A stretch of DNA of 59,324 nucleotides, counting the filler. It is 5 parts of 5 records of this genome, joined end to end, with 100 filler letters (N's around TTAATTAATTAA, not from the genome) between each part and the next. Parts side by side here need not be neighbours in the genome. Positions count along the whole stretch, not along the records: positions 32,347 to 42,519 come from DRR723986_2273; positions 42,620 to 59,324 come from DRR723986_2280; 3 more parts are not named here. The stretch is one strand, 5' to 3'. Below, one piece after another: positions 37,996-48,750 of this stretch. Both the position numbers and the translations under genes were made by a program. The notes under the pieces are model-generated. The model was given only the letters and a program-made list of their open reading frames with translations. It did not search any database and was not told where the DNA came from. The stretch's first letter is position 1. Each line of letters begins with the position of its first letter.

Positions 37996-40404
37996 ATGAC
38001 CGCCCTGCCCCCGATCATCGAAGACTGGTTCTCCCGTCAGGGCTGGCATCTCCATCCCCATCAGCGCGCCATGTTCGACCGCGCCCGGGAACCTGCCTTG
38101 ATGCTGATTGCCCCGACCGGCGGCGGCAAGACCATGGCGGGCTTTCTGCCCACATTGGCGGAGCTTGCCGAGGGCACACATGAGGGGCTGCACACGCTCT
38201 ACGTCTCGCCCTTGAAGGCGCTTGCCGCCGATATCAAACGCAACCTGCGCCGCCCGGTCGAGGATATGGGTCTACCGATCCGCATTGAAGACCGCACCGG
38301 CGACACGCCCCAGTCCCGCCGCAAGCGCCAGCGCGCCGACCCGCCGCATATCTTGCTGACCACGCCCGAAAGCCTCGCTCTGCTGACCTCGTATGAAGAC
38401 GCCGCCCACACCTTTCGGGGCCTCAAACGGGTGATCGTCGATGAAATTCACGCCCTCGCGGAAAGCAAGCGTGGCGATCAGCTGTTCCTTGCGCTGTCGC
38501 GGCTGGAAACCCTCGCCCCCGGCCTGCGTCGCGTGGGCCTATCGGCGACAGTCGAAGACCCACCCGCCCTTGCACATCTACTGGCCCGCGCGCCCGAGCC
38601 GTGCGCGATCCTGCATGCCGATCCGGGCCCCGACCCCGATATCGCGATGCTGGAAACCGAAGATGCACCACCCTGGTCAGGCGGCGGCGCAGCCTATGCG
38701 ATCCCGGCTGTGCTGGATCAGATCACGCGCCACAAGACCACGCTGATCTTTCACAACACCCGCGCTCAGGCCGAGATTTTCTTTCACAATCTGTGGCTTG
38801 CAAATGATGACGCCCTTCCCATAGGCATTCACCATGGCGCGTTGGCCCGCGAGCAGCGCGAACGGGTAGAGGCCGCGATGGTCGCGGGCGAGCTGCGCGC
38901 CATCGTCTGCACCGGCACGCTTGATCTGGGCATCGACTGGGGCGATGTGGACCTTGTCATTCAGGTCGGTGCCCCCAAAAACGTCAAGCGGCTGGTGCAG
39001 CGCATCGGCCGTGCCAACCACCGCTACAACGCCCCTTCCCGCGCGTTTTTGGTGCCAGCGAACCGCTTCGAGGTCGTGGAATGCGTGGCGGCGCTGGAAG
39101 CCGTGAAAGCCCATGCACTCGACGGCGAGCCACGCGGCCCCGGCCCGCTCGACGTGCTGTGCCAACACATCCTGATCCGCGCCGCAGCCGGCCCATTCGA
39201 GGCAGATGCGCTGTTCAACGAGGTCCGCACGACCGGAGCCTATTCTGATCTGCCGCGTGAGACATTCGACCGGTGTCTCGATTTCGCGGCGACCGGCGGC
39301 TACGCCCTGCGCGCCTATGATCAATGGCAACGGCTTGTGCAGCGCCCCGATGGTCTTTGGCAGTTGCGCGACCCGCGCGGCGCCGCCCGCATCCGCATGA
39401 ATATCGGCACCATCACCGACAGCGACAAACTGAAGGTACAGTTGAAGAACCGACGTGGCGGCAAGCCCCTGGGCGAGGTCGAAGAAGCCTTCGCCGCCAC
39501 CCTGACCCAAGGCGACACCTTCCTGATCGGTGGCCATATCGTGCGCTACGAAGGTCTTCGTGAAATGGTGGTTCAGGTCAGCCGCGACCGGGGCCGGAAG
39601 CCGAAAATCGCGGTCTTCTCCGGCACCAAATTCGCCACCTCCACCCAGCTTTCCGACCGTATCCTGACGATGTTCAGACAGGACAGTTGGCCCAACCTGC
39701 CCCCACACACCGCCGACTGGCTAGCCTTGCAGAAAGAGGTCTCCAAGCTGCCCGAACGCGACCGGCTGCTGGTGGAAACCTTCCCCCATGACGGGCTGCA
39801 TCACCTGTGCCTTTATGGGTTCGCGGGCAAGAACGCACAGCAGACCCTGGGCCTGCTGGTGACGCAGCGGATGGAGGAACGGGGCCTCAACCCGATGGGC
39901 TTCGTCGCCACCGATTACGCCACTCTGATCTGGGGGCTTGATCCCGTCACCGACCCTGCGCCGCTATTGGCCCGTGACGGGCTTCATGCAGCGCTGGAGG
40001 GCTGGCTTGCGGGCAACGCCGTCATGAAACGCACCTTCAAGACCTCCGCCGTTATCGCCGGCCTCATCGACCGCAACGCCCCCGGCGGCAAGCGCAAATC
40101 CGGGCGACAGGCGACGTTTTCTACCGACATCCTCTATGACACCCTGCGCAAATATGATCCCACCCACCTACTGCTGGCGATCACGCGGGAAGAGGCGATG
40201 CGCGGGCTGGTGGATTTCTGCCGGGTGGAAGAGATGCTCGACCGCATCGGCCCCCGCATCGACCACCAGACCCTGACCCGCGTCACCCCGCTGGCCGCGC
40301 CCCTGTTTCTGGAGGTCGGCAAAGTCCCCGTCAAAGGCAGCGCCGAGAACGTGATGATCGAGCGTGAACGCAAAGCGCTGATGGACGCCGCGGGGCTGGT
40401 GTAA
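37996..40404 (+). CDS. ligase-associated Lhr-like DEXH helicase
   Basis: APTGGGKT, SPLKAL, TTPESL, DEIH, LSAT, LDLGID, QRIGRANH. Confidence 0.92.
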   Translation: MTALPPIIEDWFSRQGWHLHPHQRAMFDRAREPALMLIAPTGGGKTMAGFLPTLAELAEGTHEGLHTLYVSPLKALAADIKRNLRRPVEDMGLPIRIEDRTGDTPQSRRKRQRADPPHILLTTPESLALLTSYEDAAHTFRGLKRVIVDEIHALAESKRGDQLFLALSRLETLAPGLRRVGLSATVEDPPALAHLLARAPEPCAILHADPGPDPDIAMLETEDAPPWSGGGAAYAIPAVLDQITRHKTTLIFHNTRAQAEIFFHNLWLANDDALPIGIHHGALAREQRERVEAAMVAGELRAIVCTGTLDLGIDWGDVDLVIQVGAPKNVKRLVQRIGRANHRYNAPSRAFLVPANRFEVVECVAALEAVKAHALDGEPRGPGPLDVLCQHILIRAAAGPFEADALFNEVRTTGAYSDLPRETFDRCLDFAATGGYALRAYDQWQRLVQRPDGLWQLRDPRGAARIRMNIGTITDSDKLKVQLKNRRGGKPLGEVEEAFAATLTQGDTFLIGGHIVRYEGLREMVVQVSRDRGRKPKIAVFSGTKFATSTQLSDRILTMFRQDSWPNLPPHTADWLALQKEVSKLPERDRLLVETFPHDGLHHLCLYGFAGKNAQQTLGLLVTQRMEERGLNPMGFVATDYATLIWGLDPVTDPAPLLARDGLHAALEGWLAGNAVMKRTFKTSAVIAGLIDRNAPGGKRKSGRQATFSTDILYDTLRKYDPTHLLLAITREEAMRGLVDFCRVEEMLDRIGPRIDHQTLTRVTPLAAPLFLEVGKVPVKGSAENVMIERERKALMDAAGLV

Positions 40405-40458
40405 AAGGAGCGAGTTCCTTGCCCCGATCCCTTGCGCGCGGCCATAACCCATGCCATG

Positions 40459-40473
40459 GAACAGATCATGAAC
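40459..40473 (+). promoter_or_regulatory. alphaproteobacterial LexA (SOS) box
   Basis: GAAC-AGATCAT-GAAC fits GAAC-N7-GAAC, overlapping the pdeM start. Confidence 0.7.
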
Positions 40474-41130
40474 GGCCTGACCTTCCCCTTTGCTGGCGAA
40501 ACCCTCACCGCCCTGCCCTCCGGCGCGCTGCACTGGCCCGCCCGGCGGCTGCTCTGCGTGTCCGACCTGCACCTGGGAAAGTCTGAACGCATGGCCCGGC
40601 GCGGCGGCCCGATCCTGCCCCCCTACGAGGCGCGTGAAACACTGACCCGGCTCGACGCCGACATCCGCGCCACGGCCCCCGAAACGGTCCTTTGCCTTGG
40701 CGACAGTTTCGACGATCTCGACGCCATGCGCGCGTTGGAGGATCAGGCCCGCTCGATGCTGGCCACGCTGATGGCAGGCCGCCGCTGGATCTGGATCGAG
40801 GGCAACCACGATGCCGGGCCCGTTGATCTTGGCGGCACACACCTGCACAGCCACCATGACGTCCCCCTTACCTTTCGCCATATCGCCAGCCCCGGCGCGA
40901 CGGGCGAGATCTCTGGCCATTACCACCCCAAGGCGCGGATCGCGCTAAAGGCGCGCAGTCTGACCCGCCCGTGTTTCCTGACCGATCAGCACCGCCTGAT
41001 CCTGCCCGCCTACGGCACCTATACCGGCGGGCTTCACTGTGACCGCCCGCCGCTCAGCACTATTATGGGACCGGATGCGCAGGCGATCATGCTGGCCAAC
41101 CCGCCGCTTGCGGTGCCGATGCCGCGCTAG
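40468..41130 (+). CDS. pdeM: ligase-associated metallophosphoesterase/endonuclease PdeM
   Basis: SDLHLGK, LGDSFD, GNHD, GHYHP; follows Lhr-like helicase; alternative start 40456. Confidence 0.88.
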   Translation: MNGLTFPFAGETLTALPSGALHWPARRLLCVSDLHLGKSERMARRGGPILPPYEARETLTRLDADIRATAPETVLCLGDSFDDLDAMRALEDQARSMLATLMAGRRWIWIEGNHDAGPVDLGGTHLHSHHDVPLTFRHIASPGATGEISGHYHPKARIALKARSLTRPCFLTDQHRLILPAYGTYTGGLHCDRPPLSTIMGPDAQAIMLANPPLAVPMPR

Positions 41131-41209
41131 GCGACGCTGCGTTCTGTCCACCCCCTGCTTGTCACGTACCGCCGCCACCGGCAGGATGCCCCGACAAGGA
41201 GGACAGGCC

Positions 41210-41620
41210 ATGGAAACGCGCATCAGGAACAGCTTTGACAAACAGGGGCTGATGGCCAGCCTCAATGCCCGGCTCGACAGCATCGACGCAGGCCGCGTGG
41301 TCATCTCTGCCCCGATCCTGCCAGAGACCAGCCAACAGCACGGGTTCGCCCATGCCGGCCTGACATTTTCCCTTGGCGACAGCGCGGCTGGCTATTCGGC
41401 GCTGACCACCATGGCGGAGGGTGCCGAGGTGCTGACCGCCGAGATGAAGATCAACCTCATCGCGCCCGCCGATGGCCTCCGGCTGGTGGCAACGGGCGAA
41501 GTGATCAAGCCCGGCCGCCGTCTGGTCGTCACCCGCGCCAATGTCGAAACGGAATACGCAGATGGCCGCCGCAAACTGGTTGCGGTGCTGCAAGGCACCA
41601 TGGTGCCGGTCGGCCCCTAG
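41210..41620 (+). CDS. PaaI family thioesterase
   Basis: QQHGFAHAG...DSAAGY; EMKINLIAP; AGGAGG RBS. Confidence 0.9.
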   Translation: METRIRNSFDKQGLMASLNARLDSIDAGRVVISAPILPETSQQHGFAHAGLTFSLGDSAAGYSALTTMAEGAEVLTAEMKINLIAPADGLRLVATGEVIKPGRRLVVTRANVETEYADGRRKLVAVLQGTMVPVGP

Positions 41621-42255
41621 CCGTCGTCCGTCGTGAAGCCTGCCGCCTTGTGACTGCCATCGCAAAAGGGCTTGCTGGCGGATTGACCGCAGCGGCACAG
41701 AAACAGCTTCTCTGCCCGCGCGATCCGCGCACCGCTGCCCGATGTCACCTCGACCGGCCCAACCAGCCCAAGTGGCCCATTGGGCACCGGCCTGATCTCC
41801 AACGCCGCGCCCATGCGTGTGTCGCCATCCTTGTCGGATGGCGCGGGCTCTCCGGTTGCGGAAAAGCCTGCCTTCACATGGGAATGGTCGCAAAAAGGCA
41901 TGTTGGCGGACTGCCCACACCGGCACAGCGTCGCCCGCGTGAACCGCGCCGCGCCGAAGCGCAGATCACCCGACACTTCAACCGGCCCGTTCTCCTGCAC
42001 GCGCACCCGGTTGATCGGTTTGGGCTGTTCCGCGCCGCCGCCATCCAGCCGCCGGAAGGTCAGCGCGCCCGAGGGGCAGCTACGGATGATCGCCGCGATC
42101 TCTTCCGCAGGGGCCGCATCGGGCGCAACCCAGGGCCGCCGGGCCGGGTTGAACACCTGTGGCAAGCCCAGAAAACAGTTCCGTGCATGGATGCAGCGGC
42201 GCATGTCAAAGCTGATCTCGATATCGGTGCCGGGATAGCTGCGGGGCTTTGCCAT
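41617..42255 (-). CDS. iron-sulfur protein: divergent ferredoxin domain + two CDGSH domains
   Basis: CIHARNC...CPSGAL; LCRCGQSANMPFCDHSH; LCRCGQSASKPFCDGSH; GGAGG RBS. Confidence 0.9.
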   Translation of the reverse strand: MAKPRSYPGTDIEISFDMRRCIHARNCFLGLPQVFNPARRPWVAPDAAPAEEIAAIIRSCPSGALTFRRLDGGGAEQPKPINRVRVQENGPVEVSGDLRFGAARFTRATLCRCGQSANMPFCDHSHVKAGFSATGEPAPSDKDGDTRMGAALEIRPVPNGPLGLVGPVEVTSGSGARIARAEKLFLCRCGQSASKPFCDGSHKAAGFTTDDG

Positions 42256-42519
42256 ACGGGCCTCCTGGTCTGGGGTCATTCCGTAGCCTAACCGCCCGCC
42301 ACGCAAAGCCCAATCACAACCCCGTCACCCAATGCGCAGCTTTGACGTTCTTCTTGGATAAAATACTCCCGCCGGAGGCCTCCCGAGGGCACGCCCGACC
42401 CGATCCTCACGCCTGGCGATCCGGCCTCTCCGATGTTCCGTGGCAACGCGGCCCGACGAGGGCCCCGCAGGGGCTTGAGAAGGGCCGCTCCCCGGTCGAC
42501 GCGCAAAGCGCGGCGAAAC

Positions 42520-42619
42520 NNNNNNNNNNNNNNNNNNNNNNNNNNNNNNNNNNNNNNNNNNNNTTAATTAATTAANNNNNNNNNNNNNNNNNNNNNNNNN
42601 NNNNNNNNNNNNNNNNNNN
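42520..42619. other. artificial contig spacer
   Basis: N44-TTAATTAATTAA-N44. Confidence 0.98.
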
Positions 42620-42720
42620 CATGGCTTGACCATGGGATCCATGCCGTTTCCTTTCCTGAAACGAGGCAGTCGAATGGTGAGGAGAATTGGTTCAAGTTCG
42701 GGCAACGACGAGACTTGGAG

Positions 42721-45192
42721 CTATGTCCCCCGCGGCTTTGCCCGTCTTGTGGCTTCGGCCTCGGTCGGGTCGTCCGGCCAGGGGTGCCTGGGGTAGCGGC
42801 CTTTCATGTCGGCTTTCACATCCGCCCAGGAGCCTTGCCAGAAGCCGGGGAGGTCCTTTGTGATCTGAATCGGCCGTTGGGCAGGGGAAAGAAGTTCCAG
42901 GATTAGCGGCAATCTGCCGTCGCAGACGCTTGGGTGGTCCTTGAGGCCGAAGAGTTCCTGCACGCGGATGGACAGCGTCGGACCTGCAGCAGCGCCATAG
43001 TCGATCGGCACCTTGCTGCCTGTCGGCGCGGTGAAGTGCGAGGGGGCAAGGTTGTCCAGCCGTGCAGATGCATCATAGGGCAGGAGCGCCGCAAGCGCGT
43101 TGCCCAGCACGGCGGTATCGATTGCGGCAAGGCTCGTGCAGCCGGCGAGATAGGGCTGCAGCCAGGATTCCAGTGTCTCCGTCAATGTGCCGTCGGAAAG
43201 ATCCGGCAGATCCTGCGCGCCGTTCTCCCGAGCATAGGCGACACGTTTCTTCAGCCGTTCCTGATCCTTGCTCCAGGGCAGGCGGGAGACGCCGCGCCGG
43301 CGGATTTCGGCAATCAGGGCGCGTTCAACGGCTTCCGGATCGGCGGACTGGATCTGGACGGACTTCAGTTCGACCGCCTTGTAGCGGGTGACCCGCCGCG
43401 CCTTCAGCGCACCATCGCCTGTCAACTGGACTTCATCCTGTTCGACAATCTCGGCAGCAAACAGATCCTCGATATCGGCCTTGGAGATCGGCGCGCAAAG
43501 CTGAATGCGCCCGCTTGCCGCCTTGCCCTGAATATCGGCGACGGTCAGGAAGGCTTCCCGGGAAAGGGCATGTTCCGCCTCCAGCTCGGCGCCACGACCA
43601 TTCGCAAGGCGGAAGCGGCCGGTCTGCCCGCGTTGCTGGGCAACCCGGTCGGGGTAGGCAAGGGCGAGCAGAAGTCCGGCGCTTTCCGGGTCTATCCCCC
43701 TGCCTGCGCCGCCTGCCTGCTTCAGCCAGCGCTCGGCAAGTTGGCGGCCGTCTTTTACACGTTGGCTCTTGTCGTGGCGCAAAGCCTGCAAACGCGCACG
43801 CAGGTCGGGATCCCGGCCGCCAAGACCCGGTTCGGACAGCACCAGCGCGATCATGGCGGCGGTAAAGCCGAGATCGCGGGCAACGCCTTCGATCACCATA
43901 TGCGCGAGGCGCGGATGCAGCGGGAGCTTCGCCAGTGCCTTGCCGTCATTGGTCAGACGTCCGTGGTCATCCAGAGCGTGCAGATCCTGAAGCAGAGCCT
44001 TTGCTTCGCGCCAGGCCGCAAGTGGGGGCTGGTCGGCAAAAGCGAGGGCTGCCGGATCGAGCGTCCCCCAGGCCGCCAGGTCCATCACCAGGCCGGTGAG
44101 ATCCGCTTCCAGGATTTCCGGAGCCTCTGCCTGTGGCAGGGCCACGGTCTGGGCTTCGTCCCAGAGCCTGTAGCAGACACCGGGCTCGGTACGTCCGGCG
44201 CGGCCTCGCCGTTGATCAGCGGAAGCGCGGGAGACGCGCACGGTTTCCAGCCGGGTCAGTCCGGTCTGCGGTTCATATTTCGGCACCCGTGCCAGACCGC
44301 TGTCGATAACGACACGCACACCTTCGATGGTCAGCGAGGTCTGGGCGATGGCGCTGGCCAGCACGATCTTGCGGCAACCGGCATCGGCCGGCCGGATGGC
44401 TGCGTCCTGGGCTTTGGCGTCCAGTCCGCCGTAAAGTGGTGCCACCTGGCAGCCGGCCGGGAGCTTGCCCTCCAGCATCTCAGCGGTGCGGCGGATTTCG
44501 CCCTGGCCTGGCAGAAACACCAGAATGGAACCTGTTTCTTCCACGAGGGCTTGCCGGATTGCCCTCACCATCTGCGGCTCCACGCGCTCGTTGGGTGTTC
44601 GCCCCAGGTAACGCGTTTCGACCGGGTAGCTGCGCCCCGTGCTTTCGATGACGGGCGCGTCGCCAAGCAGGCGTGAAATTCCGGCAGCATCGAGCGTTGC
44701 TGACATGGGCAGCAGACGCAGGTCGTCGCGCAGTGCAGCCTGCACATCCAGCGCCAGCGCCAGCCCGAGATCGCCGTCAAGCGAGCGTTCGTGAAATTCG
44801 TCAAAGAGAATGGCGGCAACGCCCGTCAGTTCCGGATCATCCAGGATCAGCCGGGTGAAAACACCTTCCGTGATGACCTCTATCCGGGTACGGGCGCTGA
44901 CTTTCGTTTCCATGCGCACACGGTAGCCGACGGTCTCGCCGGGCTTTTCGCCAAGTTCGGCTGCCATCCGGCGTGCAGCGGCACGGGCAGCAAGACGTCT
45001 CGGTTCCAGCACCAGGATCTTGCCGTCGCCGCGCCAGGTCGCGTTCAAAAGAGCCAGCGGCACGCGGGTCGTCTTGCCCGCGCCCGGTTCGGCAACAAGA
45101 ACCGCGTTCAGCCCTGTATCAAGCGTTGCCAGAAGCTCCGGCAGGATACCGTCGATCGGCAGTGGTGCCGCGAAGGCTGGGGCAGAGGACAT
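42721..45192 (-). CDS. hrpB: ATP-dependent helicase HrpB
   Basis: EPGAGKTT, DEFHER, MSAT, QRRGRAGR, C-terminal GRYPRHPWPDDP. Confidence 0.95.
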   Translation of the reverse strand: MSSAPAFAAPLPIDGILPELLATLDTGLNAVLVAEPGAGKTTRVPLALLNATWRGDGKILVLEPRRLAARAAARRMAAELGEKPGETVGYRVRMETKVSARTRIEVITEGVFTRLILDDPELTGVAAILFDEFHERSLDGDLGLALALDVQAALRDDLRLLPMSATLDAAGISRLLGDAPVIESTGRSYPVETRYLGRTPNERVEPQMVRAIRQALVEETGSILVFLPGQGEIRRTAEMLEGKLPAGCQVAPLYGGLDAKAQDAAIRPADAGCRKIVLASAIAQTSLTIEGVRVVIDSGLARVPKYEPQTGLTRLETVRVSRASADQRRGRAGRTEPGVCYRLWDEAQTVALPQAEAPEILEADLTGLVMDLAAWGTLDPAALAFADQPPLAAWREAKALLQDLHALDDHGRLTNDGKALAKLPLHPRLAHMVIEGVARDLGFTAAMIALVLSEPGLGGRDPDLRARLQALRHDKSQRVKDGRQLAERWLKQAGGAGRGIDPESAGLLLALAYPDRVAQQRGQTGRFRLANGRGAELEAEHALSREAFLTVADIQGKAASGRIQLCAPISKADIEDLFAAEIVEQDEVQLTGDGALKARRVTRYKAVELKSVQIQSADPEAVERALIAEIRRRGVSRLPWSKDQERLKKRVAYARENGAQDLPDLSDGTLTETLESWLQPYLAGCTSLAAIDTAVLGNALAALLPYDASARLDNLAPSHFTAPTGSKVPIDYGAAAGPTLSIRVQELFGLKDHPSVCDGRLPLILELLSPAQRPIQITKDLPGFWQGSWADVKADMKGRYPRHPWPDDPTEAEATRRAKPRGT

Positions 45193-45204
45193 GACGGGCC
45201 CGGG

Positions 45205-46245
45205 TCAGCTCGCGCCCGATGCGGCGCCTGCGGTCCATTGCCGTCCTTGCATGTCGACGGCAAAGGCTTCCGGCGCGCGTGCGAAGGAGGCAAGGCCTTC
45301 CAGGGCCGGATCGGGATGCCGGACGATGAAGGTCGGTATCTTGGCCATCAGGGCCTCGTGGGGCGCCTTGGCCTCAAAGGCGGCGCGGAAGCCGCCGTCC
45401 GTGAGGAAGCGTGTGATACGCGAAGTGACACCGCCAGTCAGATAGACGCCGCCCCGTGCCAGAACCGCGAGGGCAAAATCACCAGCCACACGGCCAAGGG
45501 CCCTGGCAAAGACCTCCAGCGTCTTCACCGCTACCGGATCGTTTTCCTCTGCGGCCGTTGTGATGCTTGCCGCCGTTGTGAAGTCGCGGTCCGCGCCCAT
45601 ATAGGCGGCAACACCGCGGGCAAGGCGGGGAAGGCCGGTGCCGCTAAGGATCTGTTCGGCGCCAAGCCGTCCACCGACGAGTTCGATATGCGGCCAGATG
45701 GCAACGTCTTCCGGGGTTACCGGCCCGAGTTCCACATGGCCACCTTCGCCCGGAACGGGAACCCAGGTCTGGGCGGCATAGATCATCGCGGCGGCGCCGA
45801 GGCCCGTGCCCGGACCGAGGACGAACTTGGCGCTCTCTTCGCGGATCGTGCCGGAGCCGACCTGTTCGATATCGCTGCCGCTATATCCTGGCAAGGCCAG
45901 GGCCTGCGCTTCGAAATCGTTGAGCACGATGACTTCGTCCAGACCGAGGTCGGCGATCATCTTCAGCGGCTCGATTACCCAGGCCGCGTTGGTGAGGGGG
46001 ATCCTGTCACCGGTGACGGGACCGGCAACCGCGATGATTGCCGTGCGCGGTTTCGGATCGGTTTCCGGCAGCACCACTTCGCGGATCGCGGAAGAAATGT
46101 CGGGATGATCCGCGGTCGCCGTCTTGCCGCACATGCGGGTGGGCGCCTCAGCGTCGTCAACCAGAGCGAAACGGGCGTTGGTGCCGCCGATATCGGCAAC
46201 CAGAACCGGATAGGCAAAGGATTTGGTGTTCTTGGAAAAACTCAT
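45205..46245 (-). CDS. glk: glucokinase
   Basis: [28 protein letters not shown]. Confidence 0.95.
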   Translation of the reverse strand: MSFSKNTKSFAYPVLVADIGGTNARFALVDDAEAPTRMCGKTATADHPDISSAIREVVLPETDPKPRTAIIAVAGPVTGDRIPLTNAAWVIEPLKMIADLGLDEVIVLNDFEAQALALPGYSGSDIEQVGSGTIREESAKFVLGPGTGLGAAAMIYAAQTWVPVPGEGGHVELGPVTPEDVAIWPHIELVGGRLGAEQILSGTGLPRLARGVAAYMGADRDFTTAASITTAAEENDPVAVKTLEVFARALGRVAGDFALAVLARGGVYLTGGVTSRITRFLTDGGFRAAFEAKAPHEALMAKIPTFIVRHPDPALEGLASFARAPEAFAVDMQGRQWTAGAASGAS

Positions 46246-46673
46246 GAGGACAGGGAGCCAACTTCAGGTGTCGCGGATGTAGTCTTGAGGCCCTGCAGGC
46301 GGGCGGAGCGCAGCAGGATATCCGCAGTCGACGGATTGAGCGCCATCGGCATGTCATAGACCACTGCAAGGCGCATCAGGGCTTTCACATCAACATCATG
46401 CGGCATGGGCGACAGCGGATCGACGAAGAAGAACAGGCCCTGGAGCTTGCCTTCGGCAATCATCGCGCCGATCTGCTGGTCGCCGCCCAGCGGGCCGCTT
46501 TTCAGCCTTGTGACCTTGAGATCCGGACAGGCTTCCAGAATGCGGCCGCCCGTGGTGCCTGTGCTGACAAGTTCGAAAACCGCGAGTTTGTCCTGGTGCC
46601 GTCTGGCGAACTCGACCATGGCGTCTTTTTTGGCGTCATGCGCGACAAGCGCAAGAGTGGGCGTGGCAGGCAT
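46242..46673 (-). CDS. mgsA: methylglyoxal synthase
   Basis: [35 protein letters not shown]. Confidence 0.96.
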   Translation of the reverse strand: MPATPTLALVAHDAKKDAMVEFARRHQDKLAVFELVSTGTTGGRILEACPDLKVTRLKSGPLGGDQQIGAMIAEGKLQGLFFFVDPLSPMPHDVDVKALMRLAVVYDMPMALNPSTADILLRSARLQGLKTTSATPEVGSLSS

Positions 46674-46904
46674 CAGCGGTCCTCTGGGGTCTATGCAATC
46701 CAGATCGATTGAATAGCCGAAAGCTGGTCGAAACCAAAGTCCCGGGAGACCAGTTCGTACCCGGAGGGAACCGGACGAAAAGGCACCCTGGCAGGAAGCG
46801 ACAGCGGCGGGGAAGTGTTTAGCCGTTCAAAGCGCTTTAGGCAAAGGAAGATGAACGGGCGGGCGCAGAACCTGTTCCCGGTGGGCAGATCATTGGCAGG
46901 GAGC

Positions 46905-46940
46905 AAAAGAAAATGCCGCGTCCCGGCCCGGAACGCGGCA
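46905..46940 (-). terminator. terminator after DUF1194 gene
   Basis: TGCCGCGT...ACGCGGCA stem with T-tract on the minus strand. Confidence 0.65.
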
Positions 46941-46968
46941 GGCAATAAGGAGAATGGAGACGTGGCGA

Positions 46969-47823
46969 TCAGTCGAACAGATTACAGCGGATCGGTTCGC
47001 GGCCGGCAACGCGCTGGAAGTAGGGATCGGGTTCCGGCAGATGCAGCCCGGCGATCTCCATCACCAGCTTCATCCGGATCGCGTCTGCAAAGCCTTCCTG
47101 ACTGCGAACGGGGATGGCGAAGGAGCCCGGGCCGCCGATCACACAATCCTCGTAATAGTGGTCGAGGTTGAGCATCGCCTGCCAGGTGTTCTTGTTCGAC
47201 TTCATCATCAGAGGCAAGCCGTTGATGGTCACGCCAGAGGCAACCATGCGATCACGCATGGCAGTTACGGAGCCACCCTGGTTGTTCGGGCCGTCACCGG
47301 AAATGTCGATTACGCGGCGCAAGCCTTCATACTGGTTGTTCTGAACCAGAAAGACGGACTTTTCGAGCGCCGAGGCGATGGAGGTGCGCTGGACCTGCCG
47401 AAGCGGGGCTTCGGCAATCTTGGAAGCGAAGTGTGCTGCCGAGCTTGCATCTTGGATCACCGTCCAGTCGGCGACGATGAAATGCTCATCAACCCCGCCC
47501 CATTCCATGTAGGTCACGGCAACGCGGCCGATCGGACCGACCTGAATGGCGTCAAGAAATTCCCTGGAGGTGAGAGCGGCAACATACCCGGCGCGCTGCA
47601 CTTCCTGTTCTTCTGTATCCATGGATTGGGAGATGTCGACGGCCAGGACAAGTTCGACGTCCACTTCGTTGCCCGGATCATAGCTGTATTGTGAAGAAGC
47701 CATCAGAGCCGGACGGTAGTCTCGGGCTGCGGCTGGGGCGGCGAAAAGAAGTGCCGCACAAATAAGTGACAGTAAACTTGTAACCGTCAGTGCACAGTCT
47801 GTTTTGGTTATGTCGAGACGCAT
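46969..47823 (-). CDS. secreted DUF1194 (vWA-like) protein
   Basis: Signal peptide; ELVLAVDISQS (DxSxS MIDAS), IDISGDGPNNQG, VIGGPGSF. Confidence 0.88.
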   Translation of the reverse strand: MRLDITKTDCALTVTSLLSLICAALLFAAPAAARDYRPALMASSQYSYDPGNEVDVELVLAVDISQSMDTEEQEVQRAGYVAALTSREFLDAIQVGPIGRVAVTYMEWGGVDEHFIVADWTVIQDASSAAHFASKIAEAPLRQVQRTSIASALEKSVFLVQNNQYEGLRRVIDISGDGPNNQGGSVTAMRDRMVASGVTINGLPLMMKSNKNTWQAMLNLDHYYEDCVIGGPGSFAIPVRSQEGFADAIRMKLVMEIAGLHLPEPDPYFQRVAGREPIRCNLFD

Positions 47824-47966
47824 GGTTTTTCTCCTTACTTCAGCCTTGCGGCTGGGTGGCCACGTCTCCCCTGTTTATTTTGTCGTTGAATTCCTTATCT
47901 TTCCGTTTCTCGTGATTCCTAACAAGGCATTGGCTGAATGCCTTGGATGAGCTTGGAAATTTACTT

Positions 47967-47983
47967 AGCAAGCTACATGCCAA
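47967..47983 (-). promoter_or_regulatory. sigma54 (-24/-12) promoter
   Basis: Minus strand TTGGCATGTAGCTTGCT fits TGGCAy-N5-TTGC, ~145 bp before the DUF1194 ATG. Confidence 0.7.
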
Positions 47984-48750
47984 ACGTAGCGTAATATTCC
48001 TTGGCTGGCAAAAGTAATGTGCACGGAGTGCATGTTCTATCCACAGGCGCGGGATATCTTCCGGATTTGCTAGGCAAATTTTTCATCCGTGGATCCGCGT
48101 CGAGTCTTACGTTTAGGTAAGGTGGTGATTTCTTGAGTTTTTTCAATCCGCCTTGTCGGTCACATTTTTGCGCGAAACTGTGAGAAAGTCGGGCGAGAGA
48201 ACCTGTTTGAGACCCAAAACAGCCGACGTTTCAGCAACTTCTCAAGCGCCTGACATGCGCGTTCCGATTAGCTGTTTTTCGGCCGGAAAGACGAAGGTTT
48301 TCAAAGTGGGGGACAAATCCATCGGCAATTATTGCCGTGCAACTGGGCAAATTTTGCCGGGTTGTTTCTAAAAATCGGCAGCTTTGGGCAGAATTTGCCG
48401 CCGTTCAGAAGTGGTACTCGGCGCTGATTGCTGCCCAGAAATGCAGCAATCAGCCAGAAAATTGGCAGTTTTTTTAGTTGACGGCAAAGGCAAGGCTGGT
48501 CATGATCTGAAGAAATTCTCACTTGGTGAAGAATTTTTCGGCCGGCCTTCGCGGCCCCGGAAAATAAAAGCTCCGAAGAGAGCAGGGCATAGCCGGACCG
48601 TTGCGGTCAACCGCTTCGCATGGCTGGACAGGCGGGTGTTTCATCTTGCGGGATGCAATTCCATCAAGCCGGGCGTTTTGAGAGTGGTTGAGTATCCTGT
48701 CCGCCGGAAGGCGTGCGCAAGGGCTCTGGAGGGGAAGGTTTCGACGCGGA

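Noticed and set aside
42300-42519. Possible C-terminal gene fragment at the end of contig 4 (and a start fragment at 42620-42645)
   Set aside because: Too short and without a recognisable motif
42934-46359. Long plus-strand ORFs (580 aa, 522 aa); similar ones at 49290-50771, 51938-53296, 57577-59319 and 10114-11106
   Set aside because: Antisense shadows of well-supported genes in GC-rich, codon-biased DNA; no motifs
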